The position numbers and the translations under genes were made by a program. The notes under the pieces are model-generated. The model did not search any database, was not told where the DNA came from, and saw nothing but the letters and a program-made list of their open reading frames with translations. A stretch of 64,000 nt of DNA, taken from the NCBI GenBank assembly GCA_963665125.2, contig CAXXUK010000001.1, forward strand, positions 2,944,001-3,008,000, written 5' to 3'. How positions within the stretch are numbered: position 1 is the first letter of the stretch; the number at the start of each line of letters is the position of its first letter. Positions 38,510 to 48,710 of this stretch are shown here, piece by piece. The DNA is from an uncultured Desulfarculus sp. (GTDB lineage Bacteria > Desulfobacterota > Desulfarculia > Desulfarculales > Desulfarculaceae).

Positions 38510-39235
38510 ATGCTGCGATTAAGACAATGCCGTGGCGCGGCCACGGCCTGTGTGGCGGTGGCCTTGTCGGCCCTGCTCCTGATGCCGGCCGGTCAGGCGG
38601 CCGCCCGCGGTGGCCCCGGCGGACCGGGAGGCGGCGGCAACCCCGGATATAACAACCCAGGTCACGGCAACCCCGGATACAACAATCCGGGATATCCCGG
38701 CAGGCCCGGCGGACCGCAGTACCGCGACCGCATGCCGCCCGGCCACGGCAGGGTGATAGTCGGAGGCAATCCCTACTATTTTCACGGCGGGCACTACTAC
38801 CGGCCCATGCGCGGCGGCTTTGTGGCCGTGTTTCCGCCGGTGGGCCTGGTAATCCGCACCCTGCCGCCCGGTTTCGAAGTGCTGGTGGTGGCGGGCCTAA
38901 CCTATTACGTGTATGACAGCATCTATTACCAGCCCGCTCCGGGCGGCTACGTGGTGGTTTCCCCGCCGGCAACCGTGGCCGTGGCCCCGCCTTCTGGCAT
39001 GGTGGCTCCGCTCCAGAGCGACCGGGGCTCATGCGTGGTCATCGCCGCCGCGCTCAACGTGCGCAGCGGACCGGGCATGGCCTATCCGATCATTACGGTT
39101 GTCAACCAGGGCGACATCCTGGACCTGCAGGGACGCACTGGATCATGGATCTTTGTGCGGCTGCCCAACGGCAATGTGGGATGGGTTGACGGACAGTTCA
39201 CCACCCAAAATACCACGCCGCCGGCCAGCGGTTAG
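38510..39235 (+). CDS. Secreted Gly/Pro-rich protein (DUF6515-like) with C-terminal SH3b domain
   Basis: Signal peptide, NPG repeats, YYF.GG.YY/PP.G...TLP/YYVYDSIYY units and ALNVRSGPG...GWV SH3. Confidence 0.85.
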   Translation: MLRLRQCRGAATACVAVALSALLLMPAGQAAARGGPGGPGGGGNPGYNNPGHGNPGYNNPGYPGRPGGPQYRDRMPPGHGRVIVGGNPYYFHGGHYYRPMRGGFVAVFPPVGLVIRTLPPGFEVLVVAGLTYYVYDSIYYQPAPGGYVVVSPPATVAVAPPSGMVAPLQSDRGSCVVIAAALNVRSGPGMAYPIITVVNQGDILDLQGRTGSWIFVRLPNGNVGWVDGQFTTQNTTPPASG

Positions 39236-39273
39236 TTTGTGAACGGCAATTGCGCCACCCAGGGGAGATACTG

Positions 39274-39789
39274 ATGAAACGTTGCCTGATTCTCATGTTG
39301 ATGCTGATGCTTATGCTGGCCATGGGCTGTGGGGGCCCAGGCAAGGGCAAAGGCGGACCGCCGCCGGACGGCCAGGCTCCGCCTCCGGAAAGCATGGGCC
39401 AGGAGCGGGCCGCCCCGCCAAAGGAACTCACCCCCCAGGAGCGCCTGGATCGCCGCATCCAGGACCTGGTCCAGATTCTGGTGTTGACTCCTGAGCAGAC
39501 CGGGCAGGTGCGCGATATCCTCGGCCGGTCCGAGGCCCAAAAGCAGGCCCTTGAACCGGAGGGCGGCCGGTGGGACAGCCCCGACGCCATGTCCAAATAT
39601 TTCCTCAAGCTGCGCCAGATCGACCAGCTCACGACCGAGGAACTGGGCAAGGTGCTCTCCAAGGACCAACTGAAAGAATACCAGGACTACATGGAAGACC
39701 AGCGCTTCCATCCCGTGATCAAGCGCGGTAAAAAAGGCGGTCCCAAACCTTCCGACGACAAAACCAAACCCCGGGACAACCGCAACTGA
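39274..39789 (+). CDS. Lipoprotein with Spy/CpxP-like helical repeats
   Basis: Lipobox AMGC; LTPEQ and VLSKDQ (LTxxQ-like) motifs. Confidence 0.75.
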   Translation: MKRCLILMLMLMLMLAMGCGGPGKGKGGPPPDGQAPPPESMGQERAAPPKELTPQERLDRRIQDLVQILVLTPEQTGQVRDILGRSEAQKQALEPEGGRWDSPDAMSKYFLKLRQIDQLTTEELGKVLSKDQLKEYQDYMEDQRFHPVIKRGKKGGPKPSDDKTKPRDNRN

Positions 39790-39810
39790 TCCAGGCGGCC
39801 ATATAACCTA

Positions 39811-39844
39811 AACCGGCCGGTCCTTCCCAGGGGCCGGCCGTTTT
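39811..39844 (+). terminator. Intrinsic terminator
   Basis: CGGCCGGTCC/GGGCCGGCCG stem followed by TTTT. Confidence 0.7.
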
Positions 39845-40030
39845 CATGACGCCGCCAGGGCGGCGAACACCTTCACCGTAAAAATTACACTCATGCCCGT
39901 GCGTCCGTAAAAACCGGGCAAGGTAACCAGGCCGATGAATCTGGTTAGTTCCGGATGCCGTTTGCTACAATTGAAAACATGGATTCGCTATTCGCTTACA
40001 TTATTTTTTGCGTCTTTTGAGGAGAAGGCC

Positions 40031-41044
40031 ATGAGACGGATTTTTTCTACCCTTGCCGCTACGGTCCTCACTATATTTATCTGCGGCGTTGCCTGGGCCG
40101 ATGCAGGCTACTGGCGGGTCTCGGGCCAAGTCATCAACACCCGGACCTCACCACTGGGGACCCAAACCTGCCCAAAGGCGGGCCTTAGCCTGCGTGTCAA
40201 ATCACGCTGGGCCAATGGTCAGGGCTGCATCGTGGGTTTGTCCGGTGAGTGCCCCTGGGGGTCGTCCTGGGGCACCACCGTCACCGACTCCAACGGACGC
40301 TTTTCGCAGAAGAGCTATCACTTCCCGGACACCTCCAGAATGCGCGACATACTGATCCAATACCGTGAGTCAGTCGGCGGCCAATGGCGGACGCTCATTG
40401 TCATTTCCAACATAAGCGGGGCGACCCCACACTCCAAGTCGGGCAATGTATCGAACTACGCCCTGGGTGTGATCAACACCAGCCTCTTTGAATGCCCCAC
40501 CAACCTGCAACCAGCGGAAACGGACAGTGGGCCCGGCACCCCTCACACCGCCCCGGCGGGGCAGTCCCCAACAGGGCAAAAGAAGCCTCAGGCAACGGCG
40601 CTTTGCGGGCAGATGATACCGGGCGGGGGCATCATGCGCCCGGACTTGACTTTGGTTTCGGCCACGGTCATGCACCGGATCGGCCAACCCCAGGCCCCGC
40701 CCGAGCGCATATCCTGGCAGGTGGTGATCCGCAGCAACGGACCGGCCGACTATAACGCCGCGGGAGATTGCCGAACAGTGGTGCGGGCCGTTTTCGCCAT
40801 CAAAGACATGTCCGTTGACCGGAACTATGAACTGCCCATTCCCTCGCTGGCCGTTGGTGCAAGTGTCACGCTGACCGGCAACGGTAATCTGGGCGAGTTG
40901 AGTGAATCATCCGTGGCCAATTACCCGGTGACGTTTGTCATAGACCCGGACAACAAACTGCCCGAGGCCAACGAGACCAACAACAGCCTCATCGGTTGTT
41001 ACAACCTGGGCACCCAGACTTACACAGGCGGGGCCTGCCCCTGA
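40031..41044 (+). CDS. Secreted protein with C-terminal CARDB-like Ig domain
   Basis: Signal peptide AWA; RPDL...IRSNG...IPSLAVGAS...IDPDNKLPEANETNN. Confidence 0.8.
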   Translation: MRRIFSTLAATVLTIFICGVAWADAGYWRVSGQVINTRTSPLGTQTCPKAGLSLRVKSRWANGQGCIVGLSGECPWGSSWGTTVTDSNGRFSQKSYHFPDTSRMRDILIQYRESVGGQWRTLIVISNISGATPHSKSGNVSNYALGVINTSLFECPTNLQPAETDSGPGTPHTAPAGQSPTGQKKPQATALCGQMIPGGGIMRPDLTLVSATVMHRIGQPQAPPERISWQVVIRSNGPADYNAAGDCRTVVRAVFAIKDMSVDRNYELPIPSLAVGASVTLTGNGNLGELSESSVANYPVTFVIDPDNKLPEANETNNSLIGCYNLGTQTYTGGACP

Positions 41045-41079
41045 AAACAGCTTGGCTGCCGGGTAAATTGATGAATGAT

Positions 41080-41107
41080 GGCGCCCGGCAAAACCTTGCC
41101 GGGCGCC
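41080..41107. terminator. Perfect hairpin between convergent genes
   Basis: GGCGCCCGGCAA-aacc-TTGCCGGGCGCC. Confidence 0.6.
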
Positions 41108-41173
41108 GTTGGTATGGCATGAAGGGGATACAAACAGTCGGCGGCGGGCCGGCCCACCGGCGGCTGTTGTTGA

Positions 41174-44100
41174 TTACTTGACGCGCTTGAACACCTTGCC
41201 GTCGCTCCAGGATATCTCCAGCGGCTTGCCTGACCCGTCGCGGCGGGTAATACGCCCGGTGGCCGATCCCGTGTCTCCCGTGCCCCGCCAAAGCACGGTG
41301 AGCTTGTCGCCGACCACGGTGCCGTTGCCCACCTGACCAGAGGGCGGCTCCACTTGAGTCCAGCGGAAGACCGCGCCTTCCTGCTTGATGAAGTAGGATT
41401 CACCACCCGGCCCGGCCCACAGTCCGTTGAGTTTGCTCCCGCCCGATGATGGCGGCGATGCCGCGGGCTGGGTCGGAGTGGGGCTGGCAGCCGGGGACGC
41501 GGCTCCGCGCAACACCAGGAGTTTGTCATTGCCCAGCATCACCGCCAAGGCCGATCCGTCGGGGCTAGCGGCTATGGTTCCGGGATTGTCCAGGCCGCTG
41601 AGGACGGCCAGGGCCTTGTCCTTTCCGATGATGCGCAACACCTGGCCGGTCTGGGGCTGGCTGATATAGAGTCCCTCGGGGTAGATGCCCTTCTTGAGCC
41701 AGGCCATGCCGCCCAGGTTCTTGTTTTCCGGCGCGGCATATATTTGTTTGACTTCGCCCTTTTCATCCAACACGAACACACCGGATTTCTTGTTGCAGGA
41801 GTAACCCTCGGAGTTGTTACGCAGGTAGAAACCGCCGTTTCGGGGCGTGGGCGCCACGTCATAGACGCAGGTCAGCCGTTCCTTTCCGTACAACTCGGTT
41901 TCGTTGCCGTCCGGGGCCTCGCGCCAGAGCCGGTTGTATTCAAAGTCGGCTATGACCAGTGAATTGTTTGGTCCGGGGATCAGGGCCGAAACGCCGCCGC
42001 CCCTGGCCAGCTTGCCACCTGCCTCGGTGGCCTTGCCCTGGCCGTCCACCTCGTAAAGGCCGCAGAGCCGGTTGCCGCCCTGGTGCCAACCGTCCACGGT
42101 GATCAGCAGACTATTGCCCCGCCAGAGCCCCCGTTTCCAGTTTTGTCCGGCAAAGACATCGCCTTCCATCAAGCGCACCGCGGGTCCGGCGGGGGGCAGC
42201 TTGATCAGGGCCTGTTTTTTCTTATCTGCGGGCAACAAGTAGATGTTGCCCGCGTCGTCAAAGAAGGGGTTCATCATGGCGAACGGCGTCTGAAAGAGGC
42301 TTGCCGTTACACCCTGGGGCAGTTGCAGGGCGGGCGGGGTCAGCCTGGCCAGCAGCTCATAGCTCTTTGGCTCGTAGGCTTTTTTTGCGTCCGCGCCCTG
42401 GGCCAGGTATTCCAGGTCAATGACCACATCAACGGCCATGGGCACGTGGGCGTCCCAATCGGTCTGGCTGAGTAGGCACAGGGTTATCTCGCCGGGGAAG
42501 GGCTTTTCATAGGTCTTGAGCAACACCCATCGGCCATCCAGCCAATAATAGGCGCTCACCGTGTCGCCGATGCGGCTGAGCCTGAGCCAGGTCCTGGTGG
42601 GCGCATTGTAGGGCCATTCGCCCCGCTGCCCCGTCATGTCGGTGGCATAGCGTTTGTTATGCTTACGATGGTTTATAAGCTTTACGTTGGCTCGTTCCTT
42701 ATCGTCAACGGCGATGGCCTCCAGGCCGGCCACAATGCCGCCTTCGCCGGGTTCCACGTTGCCAAGGTCCACCAGGGCCACGGCATTAAAGTCGCCGGCC
42801 AACGGGCTGGCCAGCATCAGGCGGTTTAGGGAAACGTTATCCTTGGTGTGGATGAACTTTCCGCCGCCGCCCTGGAGTTCGATGCTCCCGAATATCTCCT
42901 GGCGCAGCCAGCGGGGCAGATCCATGCTGCCGGCCAGCTTGCTCACCAGGGTCATATCCGTGATGGTGTTCTCGGCCATGGCCTGGCGCTTGCCGTCGCC
43001 GGAAACGCGTTTGAACATGAGCCCGGTGTAGATGGTCTCGGCAACCTGCAATTTGCGGCGGCCGGAAAGTTGCCAGGTCTTGCCGCCGTCGGTGGACCAT
43101 TGAGTGTAGAACCAGTGGCCCCGGCGGCTGAAGCGGAACCTGGCGGCCTTGTCCGGCGCAACCGGGGTGTGTTGGATCTTGCGGTCCCATAGGGGCAGGA
43201 TGTTGAAATTCTGCGACCGTTGCCAGACGCCGCCCATGAGCAGGTGATCCACCCCCGTCTGCTCGATTTTGGCCTGGTTGTTGAGGTAGCCCAGGTGGCT
43301 GCCCGGCGCAAAGATGAAGAACTCGGTGATGGCCAGGTGGTTGCCCTCGCAAAGCATCAACAGGTTCATATCCAGGTCGAAATCGCCGGTTACCTTATGC
43401 ATCAGCCTGGGGGAGGTGGCGCTGTGGTACCAGAAGTCATTGCCGTCGGGCACGTCGACCTTGATGCCGCCGTCAATGGCGCTGACCTTGACGTCGTCTT
43501 TGGGGTCCTGCCATATCCAGCCGTCGTGGAACCGGCGGCCGTAGTACTTCAGCGGATGGTCGCCATAGGGTTCGGGATCGGAGTCGTCGACCTCCATCAA
43601 CTGTTCCAGGTTCAGGCCGTCATATTCGCCCTCGCCGTTTCTGGGCGGGGTCATCTCCTTTTCCTGGCCGGTTTTGACGTCCAGTTCATACCCGGCGTAA
43701 ACCTCCTTGGCTGACTGCGGGTTTTGGGTGTCTTCCACCGTCACCGAGCCGGACATGACCTTGACTTTCACCTGGTCGTCCTTGCCCACTTCCACCCGGT
43801 ATTCGGTGCCGTGGGGCACCACCACTATCTTGCCGCCGGCCTCAACCGCCGGGGCCTTGCAGCCCTTGCGGGACTTGATCTGCACAGTGCCCTTGAGCAC
43901 CTTGAAGCTGCGGCCGTCCTTGTCGAGTTGAACCTCGGCGTTGTTCTCCACAAGAATCTTGCCCCGGCAGGAGATGTCAATGAGTATCCTGCCGTTGGGG
44001 CCGGTTTTCAGGGTGTCGCCGTTGTCGATGTCCATGCCCCGGGCCGCGGGCATGGCCTTGCTCACCTCGGTCAGGGTCACCTTGCCGGTGAAAGATTGCC

Positions 44101-46723
44101 CGAAGCACGAGCCGGAAAGCGGCCCGTTGCCCGAAGGCGGCAGCGCCACCAGGGTGAGGCGGCCCGGTCCGGGCACGTCGGCGCCCTGCCTGGCCTTACC
44201 GGTTTTAATATCGCCGCTGATGTTGATAAGCCGCTGGCCGGGGCCGAAACCGCCTCTGGGCAGCTTGGGCTCGTACCAGACCTGCAAACCGGTGTTGCGG
44301 TTGCCCAGGGACCACTTCTGCTTCACCGGAGGTGAACCGGCGATCTCCGCCTCGATTTTGCCGCCCGTCGCCAGGGTGTATGGCCCCCGCTTGATGGCCG
44401 GGTCGCAGGCCTCGTCCACGCCGTGCTCCTGGAATCCGCCGCCTATGGCGGCGATGACCCCGGCCTTGGCAATACTCTGCATGCTGTGTCTGGGCATTTT
44501 GGCCAATTCCCTGCTGGTGCCGCGGACCTTTTCGATCCTTGTGCGGCACTTTTCAGGGCATCCCTCGCCGTTTGGCGGCGGGTAGACCTTGTCATAAGTG
44601 GCGTAGAGCCTGCTCAGAGCCTTTTGGTAGGCCTCTGGGCCGCTGTTATACAATACCTTAAGCAGATACCAGGCATTGCTCTCGGCATCCAGGATGCCGT
44701 CCTTTTTAAGCTGGGCCATTATCTGGTGGTGTTTGAGCATCAGGTTGAGGATCAGCCTGTGATAGGCGTCTGGGTCGTTTTCCTCAAGCCGCTGGGTGTC
44801 GAATTCGCTGCCGCCGGGGATCAGGCTGACGCCGTTTTTGCTGATCCAGGCCTTGGCCTGGTTTTTGAAACGGTCCACGGCCTTGGCCAGTTGTTCGTTG
44901 TTGTATCTACGGGTCAGATAATCCTTGAGGGCTTTGTCGATGTCGGCGTTGGTCAGGGTCTTGCCCTCTTTGGCTGCCTGTGCCCGCAGCTCCTTGGAGA
45001 ACTCGCGCAGCCCCCCGGCGAATTTTCCGGTGGCCGAATCATATTGGATGATATCGCTGAGGTTGGTGGCGTTGGGGTTGCTCTTGTATAGTTTATACAG
45101 TTCGTCCAGGGTGCCTTCCTTGAACTGGTTCATCTTGTACTCTATGCCAAACGCGGCCGCGCGGGCCGTCAATTCGGCGAACACCAGCGGCGGATAGCCG
45201 TATTGCGCCGCTTCCAACACCAAACGACCGAAGCCATAGCCGGCGGCGGTGGTCAGGCCGCCCTCTTTGTAGCCGGTGTTGACAGCGTCGTAAAGCGCCC
45301 AGGCCGCTCCGACCGCGGCCAAACCGATGCCCAGCTTGCCGCCCCAACTGCTGGCCTCCTCGAAAGAGCCGTGCAGGGCCGCGCGCTCCGAATCGCTCAG
45401 CGCGTCGTAGGCCTTGCCATAGGCATTGCGGGCCCGGGTGTTGAACAAATCGTCGATCTGGCTCCGGATGCCGGGGGTTTTAAGGATTTCTTCGGCCATC
45501 TCATCGGCTTTGTTCCAAAGCACGCGGCTGTAGGCAGATGACTCGCCTACCTCCTTGCCGATCTTTTCGGCCATATCCAGTGGCAGGTTGTTGATGGCGC
45601 CGGCCATCTCCCTGGTCATCAGGGAACTGGGCGTGTTCTTGAGCAGGTTGATATGCTCGGTAAAGACCTTTTTGCCTATCTTGGTGGTGAATTCGTCCAT
45701 GGCCGACAGGTAGGCCTTTACCGCGTCGTCACCCTCTTTGCCCACACGTCTGCCGAATTCCTTGACGGCCTCATCCACGTTGCCTGTACTGGCCTTCTCC
45801 GCCGCCTCCATCAGGGCCCTTTCCTGGGCGGTTACCTTGCCGCCGGAAAGACGGTAGGCCTCCATGTTGCGCAGGTCGTATTTGGACTGCATGAGCATGC
45901 GCTCATTGTTCGGCAGTTCGGCGAAGTGCGAGCGGAACCTGGTGTTGTCGCTGAAAAAACCGGCGGCGTCGGCCTTGGTCAGGGTTTCGGGCGCGGAGAC
46001 CGCCTTGCGGTAGGGCACCTCGCTGAGCGCCCCGTCGGGGCTCAGGGACCAGACTTTATTGTTCTTCTTGTAAAGATCGTTTTTAAGCCACTTGTTGCCG
46101 CCGATGGTGTTGTATTTCTCGATATTTTCTATGGCCTCCACCCTGCCCTTCCACGAAGACGGGTCGGTGGGGTCAAGGATGTTTATCTTGGCCTTTTGCG
46201 GTTCAACGCCGAATTTGCGTTTGAACGCCTCGTTGAATTCCGTTACGGATTCCTTGGCCCTGGGGCCCATGGGGATAAGGTCCTTGTCGGATTTGCCGAT
46301 GATGTACTTACTGTCCGGCTTGCCGCGGTTGCTCATGGAGCCCACCGGCACCACCCGGTCTACGCCGCCGGATTTGGTGGCGATCTCCGACCACACATCC
46401 TTGGTCATATCCACCATTTTTTCGTCGATCGCCTTGGCAAGGTTGGGGTCCGCGCTCTTGGACTTTGCCCAGCTTTCCCAGCCATCGAAATTCTGGAAAA
46501 GCTTTTTGGTGGCCTGTTGCATGCCATACTCGCTACCTTCGGCCTGGGCCTTGCGGAATGCCTCGATGGCCGAAAACACTTCGGCCTGGTCGGCCAGGGC
46601 CGGCGCGGTGGGCCAGGCCATGAACGCGGCCAGCAACAAGACGGCAAGCCACGGCAATATGCTGAATTTGTGTTTACCCGCCGCGAGATGGGCCGATTTC
46701 TTGAGGATGTTATTGCCTTCCAC
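41174..46723 (-). CDS. Giant secreted multidomain protein (helical N-terminus, FecR-like, two ConA/DUF1349-like domains, beta-propeller)
   Basis: 1849-aa ORF; signal peptide ALA; GDTLKTG...PHGTEYRV...VMSGSV (FecR-like); two GDF...RL/FSR.G units; propeller-like repeats. Confidence 0.8.
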   Translation of the reverse strand: MEGNNILKKSAHLAAGKHKFSILPWLAVLLLAAFMAWPTAPALADQAEVFSAIEAFRKAQAEGSEYGMQQATKKLFQNFDGWESWAKSKSADPNLAKAIDEKMVDMTKDVWSEIATKSGGVDRVVPVGSMSNRGKPDSKYIIGKSDKDLIPMGPRAKESVTEFNEAFKRKFGVEPQKAKINILDPTDPSSWKGRVEAIENIEKYNTIGGNKWLKNDLYKKNNKVWSLSPDGALSEVPYRKAVSAPETLTKADAAGFFSDNTRFRSHFAELPNNERMLMQSKYDLRNMEAYRLSGGKVTAQERALMEAAEKASTGNVDEAVKEFGRRVGKEGDDAVKAYLSAMDEFTTKIGKKVFTEHINLLKNTPSSLMTREMAGAINNLPLDMAEKIGKEVGESSAYSRVLWNKADEMAEEILKTPGIRSQIDDLFNTRARNAYGKAYDALSDSERAALHGSFEEASSWGGKLGIGLAAVGAAWALYDAVNTGYKEGGLTTAAGYGFGRLVLEAAQYGYPPLVFAELTARAAAFGIEYKMNQFKEGTLDELYKLYKSNPNATNLSDIIQYDSATGKFAGGLREFSKELRAQAAKEGKTLTNADIDKALKDYLTRRYNNEQLAKAVDRFKNQAKAWISKNGVSLIPGGSEFDTQRLEENDPDAYHRLILNLMLKHHQIMAQLKKDGILDAESNAWYLLKVLYNSGPEAYQKALSRLYATYDKVYPPPNGEGCPEKCRTRIEKVRGTSRELAKMPRHSMQSIAKAGVIAAIGGGFQEHGVDEACDPAIKRGPYTLATGGKIEAEIAGSPPVKQKWSLGNRNTGLQVWYEPKLPRGGFGPGQRLINISGDIKTGKARQGADVPGPGRLTLVALPPSGNGPLSGSCFGQSFTGKVTLTEVSKAMPAARGMDIDNGDTLKTGPNGRILIDISCRGKILVENNAEVQLDKDGRSFKVLKGTVQIKSRKGCKAPAVEAGGKIVVVPHGTEYRVEVGKDDQVKVKVMSGSVTVEDTQNPQSAKEVYAGYELDVKTGQEKEMTPPRNGEGEYDGLNLEQLMEVDDSDPEPYGDHPLKYYGRRFHDGWIWQDPKDDVKVSAIDGGIKVDVPDGNDFWYHSATSPRLMHKVTGDFDLDMNLLMLCEGNHLAITEFFIFAPGSHLGYLNNQAKIEQTGVDHLLMGGVWQRSQNFNILPLWDRKIQHTPVAPDKAARFRFSRRGHWFYTQWSTDGGKTWQLSGRRKLQVAETIYTGLMFKRVSGDGKRQAMAENTITDMTLVSKLAGSMDLPRWLRQEIFGSIELQGGGGKFIHTKDNVSLNRLMLASPLAGDFNAVALVDLGNVEPGEGGIVAGLEAIAVDDKERANVKLINHRKHNKRYATDMTGQRGEWPYNAPTRTWLRLSRIGDTVSAYYWLDGRWVLLKTYEKPFPGEITLCLLSQTDWDAHVPMAVDVVIDLEYLAQGADAKKAYEPKSYELLARLTPPALQLPQGVTASLFQTPFAMMNPFFDDAGNIYLLPADKKKQALIKLPPAGPAVRLMEGDVFAGQNWKRGLWRGNSLLITVDGWHQGGNRLCGLYEVDGQGKATEAGGKLARGGGVSALIPGPNNSLVIADFEYNRLWREAPDGNETELYGKERLTCVYDVAPTPRNGGFYLRNNSEGYSCNKKSGVFVLDEKGEVKQIYAAPENKNLGGMAWLKKGIYPEGLYISQPQTGQVLRIIGKDKALAVLSGLDNPGTIAASPDGSALAVMLGNDKLLVLRGAASPAASPTPTQPAASPPSSGGSKLNGLWAGPGGESYFIKQEGAVFRWTQVEPPSGQVGNGTVVGDKLTVLWRGTGDTGSATGRITRRDGSGKPLEISWSDGKVFKRVK

Positions 46724-46907
46724 TTTTAACCCCAGTCATGCTTTACCGATATACCGGGCAGTTAGCGGCCTGTTGGCCTGGCCTCATGGATTTTTTCACT
46801 ACTGCGCCGATCACGCGTTGGTGCGGGGAACAAGGCAGGCGTAATTCCCGCAGGGACGTTCCAGTTTTTTCAGGTCATCATTTGGTCAATAACCGCGCCG
46901 GCCGACG

Positions 46908-48710
46908 TTATCTTTTAACCTCGTCCACCAGAGGCAGCACCAGGGGCGCGCCGCCGCTCAGTTCCGCCACAAGCTCCAGCCTTTTTTGGCCGCGCTCAAG
47001 GGTGTGTTCGTCCTGGAGCCAAAGATCAATGGCCTCGACGCCTTGGCCAAGCTGATAAGACAAGGTTCCGTCTGCCGAGTTGAGCATCTTGCCGCCTTTG
47101 GTGGCCACGATCAGCCATGTGCCGTTGCCGGCGGTGGTGTCCCAGATGACCTTGCCGCCGCCCGCCTCGCGCAGGCTCAGGCCGGTCAGCGATTGGCCCG
47201 GCGCGTCTATTTTGAGCTTGATGTAGGCGTCGGGCGAGCCGTCGCCTTTGGGTGTTTCGGAGCGCCCGGTGAAGTCGCTAAAACCCTTCAACCTGACCAA
47301 TCGGGCCGATGATTTGCCTGTATCGGCCTGGGGCGTGGCGACGAGTGTGGGGGGCGCGGCGGTTGGCGCGCTGGTGGCCGCGGGGGGAGCGGTGCTCACT
47401 GTCGCGGGCGTGATTTCCGCCGTGGCGTCGGGCAGGACGTTGCCCGCCGGGGTGTAGTTGATGGTCCCGCTGCCAAGCTCGGGCACCGGGGCTACCTGTT
47501 CCGCCGCCGGGTAGGAAGGAGGCGTAGCAGCTCCCTGCCCTATTTTTATGGAGGACAGAACGGCATCAGCCAAAGCCATGTACTTGTCCGGCTGGGAACT
47601 GGCTATGGCCAGGGCCAGGGGCTTGCCGTCGCTGAGGGGTTTGTCAAATATGATCAGTTTGCCCACGCTCCCCTTTTGCGCCTTGCCGGTGTGGACCTTG
47701 GCCGTCAAACCGCAGATCTCGGTTGTGCTTACCTTGACGTCGGACAGGCCCTTGAGCATTTGCTCGGCGCCCGGCATGCGCACCACGGCCACGCCGGCCA
47801 GTGGCGTCCGGCCTTGGCCGAACTGATATTTGCAGCTGATGCCGTCGGGGGCCATGTTGGAGGTCCAGTTGGAAGGTATGGCCAGGCTCACCGGGCCATG
47901 GGTGTGAATTTGCCACTCAATCTTGGGGCCAGGGGGACAGGGACAGTTTACGATTTCATCGTCAGCCCATTCTTGGCCGCAGGCGGGCATGGCCAGCCAG
48001 GCGATGCGGGCCCTGGCCACGCCTTTTTGTTCGGAGCCGTATTTTTTACCGTCCATGATCACGCCGCTGGCCACGTTGTAGGCCAACACCAGTTCCAGCA
48101 CCTCTGGGGCATAGAAGCGATCTTTGACCTGGGTCGGGTTCCAACTCATGGTCATGCCCTTGCGGTCCAGCATGCAGCCGGCCTTGTTATTGCCGTCGCA
48201 GAGAATGAAGGTGTCGCCGTAGCCGCTGAGGGTGCGCAGTTCCAGACGCCGGTTCCAGAAACGGTAATAACGCTGTCCGGCCTTGCCGCCCTTGCCGATC
48301 AGGGGGGTCTCTATTTGTTCGCCCTCGGGAGCCAGCACCTTGATCTCCACCGGGGTGCCGCCCACCTGCAAGGCGGTGATGCGCATGAACGGCGAAAGGA
48401 ACTGCTGCATTTGCATCGTGTTTTCACCGTAACGTTCGGCCGCTTTACTGAGTCCGGCCTTTTCGTATTTTTTCCAGTAATGTTCGGCCATGGGGTTGCT
48501 TTGGGGCAGCGGGCCCCATAAACCGCGGGTGGCCAGGGCCACGGGGATCTTCACCTGCTTTTGATCATTGCCGTCCCGATATGTGAGAATGACCGCGTCA
48601 TCAACCTTGAGGCCGTCCACCGGAGCGCCCGGTCCAGCGGCCTGGGCGCTGCCGCACAACAAGGACAACAGCATAACCGTCAAAGCGGTTGCGCGGATTT
48701 TGCTTATCAA
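46908..48710 (-). CDS. Secreted multidomain hypothetical protein
   Basis: TTG start after GGAGG gives a signal peptide ending AQA; Pro/Ala/Thr linker and C-terminal beta-rich domain. Confidence 0.75.
   Translation of the reverse strand: MISKIRATALTVMLLSLLCGSAQAAGPGAPVDGLKVDDAVILTYRDGNDQKQVKIPVALATRGLWGPLPQSNPMAEHYWKKYEKAGLSKAAERYGENTMQMQQFLSPFMRITALQVGGTPVEIKVLAPEGEQIETPLIGKGGKAGQRYYRFWNRRLELRTLSGYGDTFILCDGNNKAGCMLDRKGMTMSWNPTQVKDRFYAPEVLELVLAYNVASGVIMDGKKYGSEQKGVARARIAWLAMPACGQEWADDEIVNCPCPPGPKIEWQIHTHGPVSLAIPSNWTSNMAPDGISCKYQFGQGRTPLAGVAVVRMPGAEQMLKGLSDVKVSTTEICGLTAKVHTGKAQKGSVGKLIIFDKPLSDGKPLALAIASSQPDKYMALADAVLSSIKIGQGAATPPSYPAAEQVAPVPELGSGTINYTPAGNVLPDATAEITPATVSTAPPAATSAPTAAPPTLVATPQADTGKSSARLVRLKGFSDFTGRSETPKGDGSPDAYIKLKIDAPGQSLTGLSLREAGGGKVIWDTTAGNGTWLIVATKGGKMLNSADGTLSYQLGQGVEAIDLWLQDEHTLERGQKRLELVAELSGGAPLVLPLVDEVKR

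Noticed and set aside
39295..39318. ATGCTG-type tandem repeat (MLMLMLML) as a phase-variation tract
   Set aside because: Imperfect in-frame 6-mers within a signal peptide; slippage would not shift the frame
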